NCBI RefSeq assembly: GCF_006345805.1
Contig: NC_043011.1
Coordinates: 3,286,001 to 3,350,000, forward strand
Source: Octopus sinensis
Lineage: Eukaryota
Reading direction: 5' to 3'
DNA: 64,000 bases
A program made the translations under genes and the position numbers. The notes below the pieces were generated by a model that had not been told where the DNA came from, did not search any database, and saw nothing but the letters and a program-made list of their open reading frames with translations. Each line of letters starts with the position of its first letter. Within the stretch, counting starts at the first letter, position 1. Shown in pieces: positions 12,123-24,776 of the stretch.

Positions 12123-13864
12123 GTAAACCCTCGGTGCTGCTCAGTCTGCGTGGTCAATTTTTTCCATTATGCCAAGACTTTCCATTCTTTCCACTTCTTT
12201 GTTAACCTGGTCTATTGCTGCAAATGGCACATTCCGTTTGGGTCTAAAGACCGTTGGGTTGTGCAACAACCCAACTCTTCCAAAAACACATCTCGAAATA
12301 ATTTCAAAATGTCTTTCAGCCTCATTCGATCCTTTGACCGAACCCATTAAGTTTTCACACAGAACACTTATGGGTGTATCCCACTATTTAAGTAGTTCTA
12401 TCCATTCAGTGCCGAATAAATCAAATGAATCTTTCAACACATAAATCTCTGCCTTTTTCATTTGACCTCTAAAAGTTACATTGCATTCAAATTCACTGAA
12501 AAAATATACTCTTTTTCCTGTAACACGATAGGTTACCATTTTAGATTTGATTAAATTCGGCTTACTGACATATTACCACATTTTTTCGTTTATAACAGTA
12601 ACGTCACTCCCATTTTAACATTTGCATTTTTGATTTTCACCTTCTTGAGTTTCCTCATCGTTGTATTACCAATTTCTTTTGATGACATACTATTTATTTT
12701 TTTCCCTTTGTTCTGACATTTTGTCGGGTTCATTTTAAAGTGCGTCTTTATATGTCCTATATTTCCACAACGAGAACAGTCCGTTTTTTTTTAATGGACA
12801 ATTTTTCCATAGGTGCATACCCTCCTATGCAAAATATAGGTTTATTTCATGATGTTTGTCGTATTTTTTAGAAAATACTTTATCTCTATTCAGACAATTC
12901 TGTACTGGTTTTACTTGGAAACAATCTTTACATTCAACTTCCTCTGTGTCGCGTCTTAATTTAAGGATCCTTTCACATTCTTCAGATATTTTTTGCAGGG
13001 TTACATCCTGGTTTTGCTCCAGCTTTGCAAGAATTCTAGTTCTGACTTCTGCATCCTTTTTGGCAGTAAGACCCTGTGTAAATAATCACGCATTTGAACA
13101 TATCTGGAGTTGATTTATTCAGTTTAAACTTCTCTCATTTCCCGTTTACTCTTCCAGCATATGTGATGTAGTCTTTGCCATTGTTTTTCTCTATGTTCAG
13201 ACACTTCCAACGTGTGTTAAACAACGACCATTTTTTACTGAAAATTTTACACAATAGATCAATTGTGTTATTAAAATTAATGTCCGAAGGTTTTCTTGGA
13301 AGTACTTAATTACAGTATTGTTTACGTTCTGCTGCCACCAGTTTTCTCAAGATCGAGCACGTTTTCATCTCATCGTCTCAATTTTTACATTCTTTATCAA
13401 AACTTTTTCTCTTATCTTCTGTAATATGCTTTGAAGGTAATTCCATCGCCTAGTTCCTTCTTTGAACTCTGTTATGGAGTTCGCGACATAGTCTGGCGAG
13501 AACACTTTTTCTAACTTTCCTGATGACTTTAGTAATTGTAGCATTTGTTGTAATATTATTTGTTGTTGTTGTTGCTTCTGTTATCGCTCTTGAAGTTGTA
13601 TCTGCTGTTGGTGGTGTTGTTGTTGCTCCAGTTGTTGTTCTTGCAATTGTAGCTGCTGATGTTGTTTTTTCAGTTGCTGTTGTCACTGTTTTTGCAACTT
13701 GAGTATACGGCCAACAAATTTTACATAATCTTACGCTTTTTTTTCCACAAAATTAACACACCAAAATTTTGTGAGTTTATTAATTCCTCTTCGAGTTTCT
13801 ATTAACTCTACGTGAAATGGTTTATCCTCGTTGAGTTTATTAATTCCTCATGAGTTGTCTAACT

Positions 13865-13875
13865 CCTCGTCACCA
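13865..13875 (-). promoter_or_regulatory. Primer binding site TGGTGACGAGG, probably for tRNA-Ser(GCU)
   Basis: Lies directly after the LTR CA end; one mismatch from TGGCGACGAGG, the complement of the metazoan tRNA-Ser(GCU) 3' end as I recall it. Confidence 0.65.
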
Positions 13876-13876
13876 C

Positions 13877-14013
13877 TGTTGTAACTTGCGTCGTCACTGG
13901 TTTAATTCTTTTTAGATTATTATAACGTCCACTTCGGTATACAGTATACTTAGTAAAACCAGTAAAGACACGACTATCTCTGACCGACTTCTGTGGTCCT
14001 ATTTACAGTAACA
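13877..14013 (-). mobile_element. Short (137 bp) 5' LTR of the Gypsy element
   Basis: Minus strand TGTTAC...TTACAACA with TGTT/AACA termini and AATTAAA, followed 1 nt later by the PBS. The upstream boundary is inferred from the terminal motif only. Confidence 0.6.
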
Positions 14014-14048
14014 ACTCATACCACTTGTTATGTTGGTGGGGTGTACCA

Positions 14049-14340
14049 TCTGTTATATAAAATCCGTTATGTCTGTCTGTGTGTGTGTGTCTTCTCGGAT
14101 CTCGGGCATCCTCCATCCGATTGCGCTCAAATTTGATATGTAGATACCGACGGTATCAGGGCGTGTATAAGTCTTGAAAAAATTACAAAAATCGATTCCA
14201 GGTGCGAATACGATCGATAAAGCCGTTTTTGTCCTGTTTTCTTCCGCCAACCTGTACATAACTGCACCTTCCATTTTTTGTTGTTTTTGTACTGCTTAAA
14301 GGCACGTTTCTTTCCTGTCAAGCTTACTATTTAAACCATG
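14049..14340 (+). mobile_element. Helitron/HINE-like non-autonomous 5' fragment
   Basis: A|TC start, TATATAAAATCCG, (GTCT)/(GT) microsatellite and CCGATTGCGCTCAAATTTG resemble the 5' ends of the other Helitron-like copies; no 3' CTAG found. Confidence 0.4.
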
Positions 14341-14933
14341 TTTGTGTTCTCCCAGTCAACAGCTTTATCATTACTGGTACTTTAAACTCTTTGGTTGCAT
14401 ATTTGTGTGAATAAAATCGTTTTTCTTTGGAATAGTAAAAAGTCTATCTTTATTTCTTCTCTTGCTGGTGTCTCAAATTTAGGTTAAATCAGTGTTTCTC
14501 AAAGGGGAGGCCTATGGGACGGACGGACAAGTTGTTTTGAGAAAATTTGGTTTAAATGTTTGCCAACTCAGTACCGTCCATTGGACGGGGGGCGTTTTGC
14601 TCGTTATTACTAATTCCCTACAATGGTTTTATGAATGTATTCTCCTGCATATAATTGCATATCTAGACATGCTTATATATATTTAAATTTTAAACTTCTG
14701 GAAAGTTTTACAGATTTTCACAGTTCTGGTGATGGATTAGATCTGTAGTCTTCGAATTACTTTTCTCCTTTCTGGTTTTGAGAAGCCTAACTTATAATCT
14801 GGATAGAGTAACTACAAAATTTTCAATAGTTTAGCATAGGTATTCTCTTTTTCGCTGATCTTCAGCTTAATGTTAACCTCTACTAGGCAGCTAATTTCCA
14901 CAACTGTACACAGTTTCTCTTCTTTATTTCAAA

Positions 14934-15673
14934 CTAGCAGTATCGCCCGGCGTTGCTCGGGTTTGTAAGGGAAATAACTATAAAGCATTTTTAGAGAGTT
15001 ATAGCCAAAGAATAGCAAAAAAATGCATTAAAAATGGAAAAAAAATTATAGTAAATTTTTTTTAATCGTTGACTCATCGTAGACATTTTTAGAGAGTTAC
15101 TTCCCTTATATAATAGCAAAAAATGCATTAAAATGGAAAAAAATGATGGTAAATTATTTTTAAAATCGTAGACTCATCGTAGACGCGCGCTAATACCCAG
15201 ACGGGCTCGATATGAATCACGACTATAAGATACCCGATTGTGGATCTGTTTCAGCTTTTTTAGCGATTTCTGTTTTGGCGACTTCAAGCCATGAAGTCGT
15301 TGTTCTAAAAGAACGCTAGTCTCCTTGACAACGTTTTACAACGTTGATTTCCTTACACTCCCTTCCCCACAGTTTCACGAGGGAGGGAAGAAGGGGGAGA
15401 AGCAACACGGGTGCAGGTGTGAGCATGGACGCCAACTCCGCCGCCATCGACACACGAAAAAATATGCGTTAAAATGGAAAAAAATTATGTTAAATTATTT
15501 TTAAAAATCGTAGACTCATCGTAGACGCGCACTAATACCCAGACGGGCTCGATATGAATCACGACTATAAGATACCCGATTTTGGTTAAACTGCACCGCA
15601 AAATGTGGGAGTAGTTAGGAATCTAAATCGTAGGAGACAGACACTCACACAACTTCACTTTCATATATATAGA
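14934..15673 (-). mobile_element. Non-autonomous Helitron
   Basis: Minus strand A|TCTATATATATG...CCCGAGCAACGCCGGG hairpin-CGATACTGCTAG|T; no TSD; internal ~110-bp duplication. Confidence 0.88.
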
Positions 15674-16080
15674 TTGTAGGAACTACGAACGCACGTGGTC
15701 GCATTGTGTAGGAAATACGATCGCACGTCGTCCTATTCTTAACGAATTATTACAAGCCATAAATAATGCAGTAACAACAGAACATAAGTGAATTGACGAC
15801 AAGTCTTGCTGTGGAGAGATAAATATTATTTATTTTACAACCGTGTCAATGTTAGGAGTTCGTAAGCGTTAACACGTGTGTGCGCCTGCAACACGTGTTT
15901 GTGTCTGTGTGTTCGTGTGTGTGACAGATACAATAAGGGTGAATGCGTGTGGCATAGTAGGTACAGAGCATAGAGTTCATAATAGATTTACTGTTCATGA
16001 GGTACACGAAGTGTTAGAGTTCAATATCAAGATGTTGTGTCTCGGAGCTGAGATTAGTTGAATCACTTGTGCTTATCTTT

Positions 16081-16575
16081 CTCTTGATATAGATATTCTT
16101 TCAGATATATACTGCAACTGTTTTTCCGTGGTGAGATTTTCACCTAACAGCATGAGTTGAATCTGTAGTTATCTTGTGTACAAGTTAAATCTTCGTAGAT
16201 AGAGACGATGTTGGCGATGACGTTATGTCTGTCGCTTGGTTTACTATAGCGTCTTCATATCATGTTTTGCTTGGTTATTTTTCTCTTGATATAGATATTC
16301 TTTCAGATATATATACTGCAACTGTTTTTCCGTGGTGAGATTTTCACCTAACAGCATGAGTTGAATCTGTAGTTATCTTGTGTACAAGTTAAATCTTCGT
16401 AGATAGAGACGATGTTGGCGATGACGTTATGTCTGTCGCTTGGTTTACTATAGCGTCTTCATATCATGTTTTGCTTGGTTATTTTTCTCTTGATATAGAT
16501 ATTCTTTCAGATATATATACTGCAACTGTTTTTCCGTGGTGAGAATTTCACACTAACAGTATGAGTTGAATCTGT
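16081..16575. repeat. 202-204-bp tandem repeat, ~2.4 copies, inside the LTR-like element
   Basis: CTCTTGATATAGATATTC recurs at 16081, 16283 and 16487; units near-identical. Confidence 0.93.
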
Positions 16576-16790
16576 GAAGTTGGTGTGTACATGTCTGAAG
16601 TGAACGATGGTGATGGCGACTTGAAGTTGGTACAATGATGGTGACGACGGCGGCGGAGATAGAAATTGGTTTTCTGTTGCGGGTGTACATTAGCGTCGTC
16701 GTGACTGGAACATGTTGAGTAGCTCTGTGGCCAGAGGTTAGCCCTTATAAGGACTGGAACCAAAGACGCAAGTATACTGAAAACACTCCC

Positions 16791-16918
16791 TTATATACAA
16801 GTAAGGTGGCTCAACAGAGCCTAGGAAATGGGACCTTAACCAAAGGCCGTGATTGGTTGGCTTTGACCAGTGGCGCGAAATAAGTAGAGACAGACCGCGC
16901 TTAGGTGCCAACCAATCA
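16791..16918 (-). promoter_or_regulatory. Putative LTR U3 promoter: TATATAA plus inverted pair of CCAAT boxes
   Basis: Minus-strand TATATAAGGG at 16797-16788; GATTGGTTGGC (16851) and GCCAACCAATC (16907) upstream of it. Confidence 0.45.
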
Positions 16919-17629
16919 AAATAGTGGACACAACAACGTTAAACTAGCCAAAGATGTTTGTAATCTCAAACGAGATCATTCTTAATATTTCTCTCAAACG
17001 GTGAAGATAGCAATGAAGAAAACAACATTGCTACAAAATCAATTTATCAGGCCTGTCGTGATTACATTTTATTGAGGTTTTCACTGGGACATTCCATCAG
17101 TGCTCCTGTATGTATGTATGTATGTATGTATGTATGTTCGTTCTATTTTTCTTTTTAATTTAGAATATTTTAACTGGCCACCTACATGGTAACAATGCTG
17201 TAAAGGAAAGCATTTTGCTTTAATTACAATCCCTTAAATCTTAAGAAGGTCTGGCAGATTTTTATTATCCCAGATATCATGATCAACTCCCCAAGATATC
17301 AAGTTCGGCCATACTTTGCTCTAGACAGGTTGGTATGTATCCTGTTTCATAGCTATGTATCTTGGGTATTAGATTTGCAAACTCTATATCAATGGTCCAT
17401 AGGTGTTTTCTTTCTCAGGTATTTTTCTTACCCTTTTGGTGTTGAGAGGGCATCTGATTTCCTTTTTCATATGTATGAATTTGTCCAAGATAATTATAAA
17501 AGATATTTGGTAGTTGTTTTCCATGTATCTTGATGAATTAAAGAGTATAAAATTACAAGTTTTTTTGCTCAGATATAGCAGAAAATAATTTCTTGCTGTT
17601 TATTGGTTGTATAGTACTTTTCAAAGGTG

Positions 17630-17835
17630 GAGAGCTAGCAGAACTGTTACTGTGTCAGATAAAATTATTTGCAGTATTTTGTGCATCTTTGTATTCTGAG
17701 TTCAAATTATGCCAAGTTCGACATTGCCTTTTATTCTTTTGGGTTTGATAAAATAAGTACCAGTTGAGCACTGGGGTCGATGTGATTGATTTACCCACAG
17801 CTCTAAACTTGCTGGCCTTGTACTAAAAATTGAAA
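17630..17835 (+). mobile_element. SINE family B, diverged
   Basis: TTCTGAGTTCAAATT...ATAAGTACCAGTTGAGCACTGGGGTCGATG. Confidence 0.7.
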
Positions 17836-19517
17836 CCAATATAGTACTTTGCATATTCAGCCACTTCAAGCTTACATAGATTGACATATCATGTAATTTC
17901 ACCTTTAATAGAAAATCTATCATAGACATTCTGAAGTAGGGAATACATCAAACCATAATCAAGTAGAGAAACCCTGCTTCAATGCAATATTTTGTTTTAT
18001 ATCCATCAAGTTGGAGATAATAACATTGTGTTCTTTTCAGTATCTTCCTACTGATTAAACATTGCTACACATTTTAGGTTGATGGATTTAGGAGATAGTG
18101 ATGTTCATGCTATATCAAAGCAGTAAAACCTGACTCTTTTGCAAGAGGAGTAGCATTGCACCTTTTCCTGGGAGAAATAAAATAGTATATGAATTGAAAG
18201 GCACTGCAGGTTTGTCACACCAAGAACATATCTTGAACTAAAAAAAACAACTACCACTAATATTTTAAATAAATTACATTGCCGATTTATCTTTATTTAC
18301 AAAGTTATCTTTGAATGAAAGCAAAACAAATCATTATCATTTTCACATTGACTTTTTAAAAATATTCTAAATACAATTTTTTAACTTTTACTCTCAACTT
18401 CCATATCTGAGTTGATTAAGTCACACAAATTTCAGGCCAGTACTACACACTATTATTACTATAGCTTTGAATATTAGAACATGACAACATAAGATTTGTA
18501 TGTAGAAAGAGTTCTATTTCAGATGTGTGGGTTTCCCTGATGCATTTGCTTTGACACATACCTATCATGCACTGTATTTGATCATTGGTTAACAAAATTA
18601 CCCAGTGGTTCTTATTTATTGATAATTAAGCATTATTCAGAATTAAACCAAAATTATATTTCCTTAAATTAACGAGGGTAATTGAGTTCAACCATAATCA
18701 GTCTATGAAACTGTTAGATAATTTAATTACATCTGACAAGGGATTAATTATTTCATGTTATTATCTATTTATGAAATTATTTACATATTTATATTGCCAT
18801 TCAAGTCTAGCAAATGAAAGTAAGGCTTTCTATGGACCTGTTGGCAATTTCGCACAAGTCCAGCTAAAAGAACATCACGTCTGTATGAGTTTGACTGCCC
18901 TAAGATGATAATCAATTACAATAATACCAACCCTCTTGAAATGACCCCTAATATAAACTCCCTGTTTTGAAGTATTTTAAGTTAAAACCTACCAACAAAA
19001 TTTCATGCTCATTTATGTTTCAAACACCTGCATAATAATGACAGGATTTTTCCTTGTTTTCGAAATTCCTAGAAGCAAAGTGTACAGCAGGAGAAATATG
19101 GTAACAAAGGGTTTCAGAAGTAATCAGTTAACAAACTCAATAAAGTAAGTGGATGGCAACTGAGACTGAATGGGATCTAGATATTGCTTCATAATGTGAA
19201 TATAAGTGAGTCACTCTAGTTAAGATATGGGAGTACTTGTCTGTTTATCAATTGCTTTATTACTGCACCAGTTCTTTGACCAATGTATTTAATTCTAAAT
19301 GCCTCGATCCAATTTTGTAATAAACAATTAATATAGGGATCATGTTAAGCAACAGAGTTACTGAGTGGGATTAATTAAATCAAGCTTAAGATTTTACAAG
19401 TATTTATTTTATTAATTCCCAGGGGATCCAAATTCAGAACATAAAGGAGACTAAATACCTTTAGATTATTTAGTCCATTTTATCTTAGTCAGAGAAGAAA
19501 GTGCAAGGACTCCAAGA

Positions 19518-19727
19518 TCATCATCATCATCACCATTTAACATCTGTTTTCCATGCTGGCATGGGTTAGATGGCTTGAGAGGAACTGGTAAGGTCAGGGA
19601 CCACACCAGGTTTCATAGCCTGTTTTGGCTTGGTTTCCATGGCTGGATAATGCCGACCACGCCACAGAGTGTGCTAGGTGTATTTTAAGTGGCACCAGCA
19701 CCCACACCAATACTTTTTACACGGCAC
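19518..19727 (-). mobile_element. RTE 3' UTR fragment with (GAT)n tail
   Basis: Reverse complement of the 43741-44443 tail: CATCATCAT...TTTAAC...CATGCTGGCATGGGTT. Confidence 0.7.
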
Positions 19728-19971
19728 CTTTGTAAATGAGAAAAAGCATACCTGGTCGAAGTGTTTGAAATAGAATGAATATTAGTGAGATATCCAGAGG
19801 CCAAATGGTGACATTAAATCAGATGTCCAATGAAGTGTACAAACTAAGGACAGGTAGAGTTAAAAAATGACAGGTTTCAGTACAGTTTAGAATTTCACCT
19901 ACAAAGACATTGACTGAGCTGAGGCTATGCAATGATAGACTTGCTCAAGGTGTCACCCCATGATACCAATC

Positions 19972-20197
19972 TGTTTCTTTACTACCCACAAGGGGCCAAA
20001 CACAGAGAGGACAAACAAGGACAGACAAATGGGTTAAGCCGATTACATGGACCCCAGTGCATAACTGGTACTTATTTAATCGACCCAGAAAGGATGAAAG
20101 GCAAAGTCAACCTTGGCAGAATTTGAACTCAGAACGTAGCGGCAGACAAAATACAGCCACACATTTCGCCCGGCATGCTAACGGTTCTGCCGCCGCC
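19972..20197 (-). mobile_element. SINE family B with 15-bp TSD
   Basis: CCCATGATACCAATC at 19957-19971 and 20196-20210 flanks the element. Confidence 0.9.
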
Positions 20198-21593
20198 CAT
20201 GATACCAATCACCAAGCAAACCTCGTTGTCACATTTTCATTCAGGTACCTATATTTTAAGCATACAGTTTTGATGGTATATCTTCATTGCTCTATGTTTT
20301 CTTCTAACCATACTATCCCATTCTTGTAAACTGCTGGATAATTGTTAAAAGTATCTTTTATAAGATTGGTTTGAATCCTTCCGTGTTTCATGCTTGGAGA
20401 AAGAAATACATTTTGCAAGGATGTCTGGTTCTAGATTATTCAGCTTCAGTGCTTAGTTTTCAGTGCCAGCTCCAGATATCCAGCTAGGCTACATTACTCA
20501 TGACAGGTTAACAATATATAAACTCATGTCTGAGTCTTGTTAAAACATTTGACCGCTAACTATTAAATATCTATGAGAAGATGAATGGACTTCCTGTGAT
20601 GATGGTATTAAAGCAGTCATTAATCAAATACTCAGACACCGCATTGCAGCATCTTCATAGGTTGCTTATTAAAAGTTTCATCATCAATTCCAGTAAAGAC
20701 TAAATTAAATATTAGGAGATGAAAAAGAGTATTCAAAAAACTAACAAAAGCCAAAAAAAAAAACATAAATTGGTTTTATGCACACAGAGTATATGTGTGT
20801 ATATATATATATTCATTAATTTATAAGGGCTGATAGTTGGTGGAATAAGAGTACATGGGTGAGTTCTTCGTGGCATAAAAAGTAGAGGAAAAATGGAATG
20901 TGTTTTAGATTAATAATGTAAATACAGTCTATCATACGTATATACACACATATGTATACTCTTAAAATTGTGTGTGTGTGTGTGTGCGTGTATGTTATTT
21001 GCGTATATGTGTGAAAACTGCATTCCAGCATTTGCACAAACACACACACAAATATACACATACACATGTGTTATTTTCTTCCAGTTATGAAATTCTAAAT
21101 GGTTTTTCATTTCCAAGAACTAAAGAAATAGATTATAATTGAATTCTCTATCTCTGGTTATTTTCACTTTTCCTTGATAATTTGTTGATCTTTCTGTATG
21201 ATTATTTTGCATTTTTCTTTGAACAAGAATTAATTTTTAGCTTGACAGTTTTCATTAAACAAGCAATGGGTCTGTATGAATGTATACATATGCATACACA
21301 CACACATGTACATACAAGTATGTACATGCATAATGATGATGATGATGATATATATATATATATATATATACATACATATATATATATATATATGCATATT
21401 CACTTAGTACCAGGGTTCATTTATGTATAAAATACATTATGCAAAGGTAAATATTCCTCAGTGGTTTGTTGCTTGACTGGCTTAAAAACTTTTAAGCAGG
21501 TAAGCATGGCAGTGCTTAAAAAAGGCTGGAGAATATTAAAAATATTTCGTTGCAGATAATTCACAGTCTTGTATCAGAATGATTCAACTATAT

Positions 21594-21950
21594 CATCATC
21601 ATCGTCGTCGTCGTCATTTAACATTCATTTTCTATGCTGGCATGGGTTGGACGATTTGATAGGAGCCAGCTAGGTAGAAGACTAGAAGACTACACCAAGG
21701 CTACTGTGTCTGTTTTTATGACTGGATGCCCTTCCTAACACCAATGATCCCATAAAGTGAACTGAGTGCTTTTTATGTGGTACCAGCACAAGTGAGTCAG
21801 TTTTGGCATGACTTTTTTTACAGCTGGATGCCTTCCAAATGCTAAACACTTCACAGTATGGACTAGATGCTTTTTATATGGCACCAGCATCAGCAGGGTC
21901 ACCAAATAACTTGCTAGACAAGGAATTTTGAGAAGTGGGGAGGCATTGAA
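21594..21950 (-). mobile_element. RTE 3' UTR fragment
   Basis: (CAT/CGT)n tail, GGATGCCCTTCCTAAC motif and subrepeats as in the other copies. Confidence 0.65.
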
Positions 21951-21981
21951 GGAGGTGATATTGTGATAGATAGATAGATAG

Positions 21982-22760
21982 ATGTATTGCACCAAACAGG
22001 TGGAAGTCAGAGTGCACCAGATTAGGGCTTTATGCTTGATGGAGTCCAATAACCTGCTCAATTTGTACATCACCTGATGTGTTGCCAAAGATGTTTCTGG
22101 TCGAGCATTCTCATGGCAAATGTGGGTGGTTTCCAGATAACTGTTCAATCTTTACCTCTTTACGACTTCTCTTAGCTTTTTAAATATCTCTAAGTACTGC
22201 TCTCTGTTCACAATCCAGCTGCATTCCAGGAAATCAAAGAGAATGTTGTCCTAGCTGTCCCTAAAAATTAGTCTTCTTGAATTTCTTTGGCAATCACAGG
22301 CAGCTGAGCTTCTTAGGTCTTGAAGAAGAGGCTGAACCTTCGTTTCTGGTTAATAAACATACAACACTGTTTCTAGGACATAAATATACTGCCATGTTTC
22401 AAGCCTTGCCCCGAGATTGAAGAAATAAGTGGCTTCAGACAATTCCAACTGCTCAGAGCAGACTTCCACCCTTCTCTCCTTCAAATCGGGTGTCAACTAC
22501 CGAGGTACTCACTTTGGACACTCCTTCCAATACTCACTGTCTTTGACCTCTTCTGTAATGTATTGTGACCATTGTCCAGTTGTGCAACAAGTTCACAAAT
22601 TGTGACTTATCTGGCCATATGAATCAGTTCATTCGGCCACTGATGATTCATATCCATAGTCACAGTTGATGGTCTTCCTCTGCATGGCTTATCTTCAGGG
22701 CTAAACTTCATCTCTCTATGCACGCTGCACTTTCAGTGACGTCATCTCCATAAATAAAAC
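21982..22760 (-). pseudogene. Mariner-family transposase remnant
   Basis: HENARPETSLAT (cf. HDNARPH) followed by a degenerate PYSPDLAPSD-like stretch; upstream VYxPETK-like and FDFLE...VNREQY segments; many stops. Confidence 0.7.
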
Positions 22761-23204
22761 TCTTTCATAGGTATCAGACAAGAATACTTTTGCTTAGATC
22801 CTATTATTTACTGGTAACAAAGAAGAACAGGAAGAAGAGTTACTATAGTGGAAGAATTATTCTACCAACACGTGCAATTTGAATGACTTATGTTTGTTGA
22901 TAAAAAAGGGATGCCCACTTTTGCCTTACTTTCATACAACCCATGTGGTGTGTGTGTGTGTGTGTGTGTTATTTGTAGAACATTTGTATGTACAAAAATT
23001 ATCAAGATTACATTTGCTGTTATTGTTTTGTGTACCATTTCATCTCAAGCAATTTTACTGGCAAGTTGAATTAGTTTCCAGAAACATTCAAAAGCTTTTC
23101 TTGTCTGCAAAAGATGCATTAAAAAAGACTCTCAAATGCATACACAAGTATACATGAGTGTGTGTGTGTGTGCGTGTACGTGTGTGTGTGCGCTTGCATG
23201 TGTG

Positions 23205-23236
<32 letters not shown>

Positions 23237-23269
23237 ACTGTTACACTATGCATTAATGTTTAGTGTTGC

Positions 23270-23580
23270 CCAAATGCTCCGTGGTTTGAATGAACAGTAT
23301 GACAATAAATTTATCGATGTATTCAGCATACTGAAATTAATTGAGAAAAGTGATTTTATTGGCTGCATTGAGTTACCCATTCTGGGTCAAAATATTACAA
23401 AATCTTCATCCATATTTTTTTTCAAGTACAAGAGCAGAACATCTCTTCTGAGACACAGCCAATTACAGCAAAGGCAGGTACTTGAAAATTGAGGAGATGA
23501 AAGAATCCCAAAGGACACTTGAACATTGATTATGACTTGCTCTTTTGGTTACAAAAATATTATGAGTGCTATGTGTGATT
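23270..23580 (+). pseudogene. Possible hAT transposase C-terminal remnant
   Basis: LPILGQNITKSSSIFFSSTRAE-like segment resembles the hAT dimerisation region; weak. Confidence 0.3.
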
Positions 23581-23682
23581 TGGATAACAATAGTGATGAT
23601 GACGATAATAATAATAATAATAATACTAAGAAGAAGAAGAAGAAGAAGAAGAAGAAAAGAAGAAGAAGAAGAAGAAGAAGAA

Positions 23683-24062
23683 GAAATCAGCAAAATGTGG
23701 AACCTGAAGACTAAAACAATACCTGTTGTCATAGGTGCCCTGCAAATGATAGCAAAAGGGGCTGATTGCTACCTAACTCATATACCAGGAAACCCCAAAA
23801 TGGCAGAAATTCAAAAGATAGTGCTCATGGGAACTGCTCATATCCTACGCAAAACACTTTCTATGTAATCTCAAGTTTGAAAACAAACATAATTTTCGTG
23901 TATTTTTTTTGGACATTCACTAGTACAACACTAAATACAAAACCAAATATATGGCACACTAGGCATAACAACAACACGAACTTCCAACCTGTTGTCTCTT
24001 GAGACTTGGAGCCAACTTGTTCAGATATAAAGCAAAAGTCAAACATATAATAATAATAATAA
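23683..24062 (+). mobile_element. 3' end of an R4/Dong-like (restriction-like endonuclease) non-LTR retrotransposon with (AAT)n tail
   Basis: EISKMWNLKTKTIPVVIGALQMI...EIQKIVLMGTAHILRKTLSM-stop is the characteristic C-terminus of RLE-type LINEs; 3' UTR ends in AAT repeats; the 5' truncation lies in (AAT)n/(AAG)n. Confidence 0.8.
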
Positions 24063-24456
24063 TTGATTTGACCATAAGCACTTGAACATGTCCCTTAATG
24101 GCAGACAATAGGTGCATCTCTGATCATAAGCAGAAATATTGGGGGAGCATCATAGCCATGTGTTGAGAGGAATTCTTTGGGTTTTGGATAATTCATCTTT
24201 GGAAACATGGGTATTTTGTTCAACATCCTTAAACAACCCTTATTCAGGGACCTTTTGAGTGGAATGGGCTACTCGACCTAAAGAAAATTCTAACTGGGCC
24301 CTTCCTGCAAGGTCATGCACTGTTAATCTTGTTGTGAGATCACCATGTCATGCATATAGGGTTGTGATGCATGTGACGGGTAGTCATGATGGCTATACTG
24401 GGCTTTGTATATTTTACCCCAGTGTCACTTTGATGGCATGCACTGCACTCTCACTC
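24063..24456. repeat. Unassigned ~560-bp (AAT)n-bounded interspersed repeat, partial copy
   Basis: Similar to 53676-54213; ends CTCACTC-(AAT)n. Confidence 0.85.
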
Positions 24457-24776
24457 AATAATAATAATAATAATAATAATAATGATAATAATAATGATGA
24501 TGATGATGGTGATAATAAAAACGTTTCAAATTTAGGCACAATGTTAGGAATTACGAGGGGGTGAGGCAAGTTGATTGCATCAGACCCAAATAATAATAAT
24601 CATTTATTTAGTCACTAAGAGTCATTTCATTGAATTCTATTCATTTACACGAACCATTAAAAACTAGGGAGGATTAGAAGAATGTGGGAAAGTGGTTGGT
24701 CAGAGAAGATGGGCTAGGAATTTTCTACAAATAAGACACTTTAAAAATTTGTATAAAAGCCTTGTGAATAAATAAT

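Larger units (their letters stand above)
7600..14013 (-). mobile_element. Ty3/Gypsy LTR retrotransposon remnant (5' LTR, PBS, gag, PR, RT, RH, IN; 3' LTR not found), interrupted by several insertions
   Basis: RT FSKLDLPEAYLQI...LPFRVKVAPAIFQ...YLDDILI (11562-12122); RNase H ATDASEYGVGAVL...QIEKE (9652-9950); integrase zinc-finger region FHVGYPDISRMKAL...YWPKMD (8963-9151); core YHPRSNG; C-terminus SPVELM...RHRNQ (7633-7980). Domain order RT-RH-IN is Gypsy-type. Confidence 0.92.
15675..17035 (-). mobile_element. Solo LTR-like element (1361 bp), TGTAG...CTACA, 4-bp TSD AAAT
   Basis: Perfect 5-bp terminal inverted repeat; right flank AAAT (17036-17039); left flank AAA (14931-14933) plus T (15674), split by the Helitron; CpG-rich. 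Confidence 0.72.

Noticed and set aside
16081-16575. Regularly spaced repeats as a possible CRISPR array
   Set aside because: Whole units are duplicated with no unique spacers; eukaryotic context and no cas genes.
23566-23690. Poly-I/R/E or poly-N/K/R peptide at the start of ORFs
   Set aside because: Translation of (AAT)n and (AAG)n microsatellites upstream of the LINE fragment.
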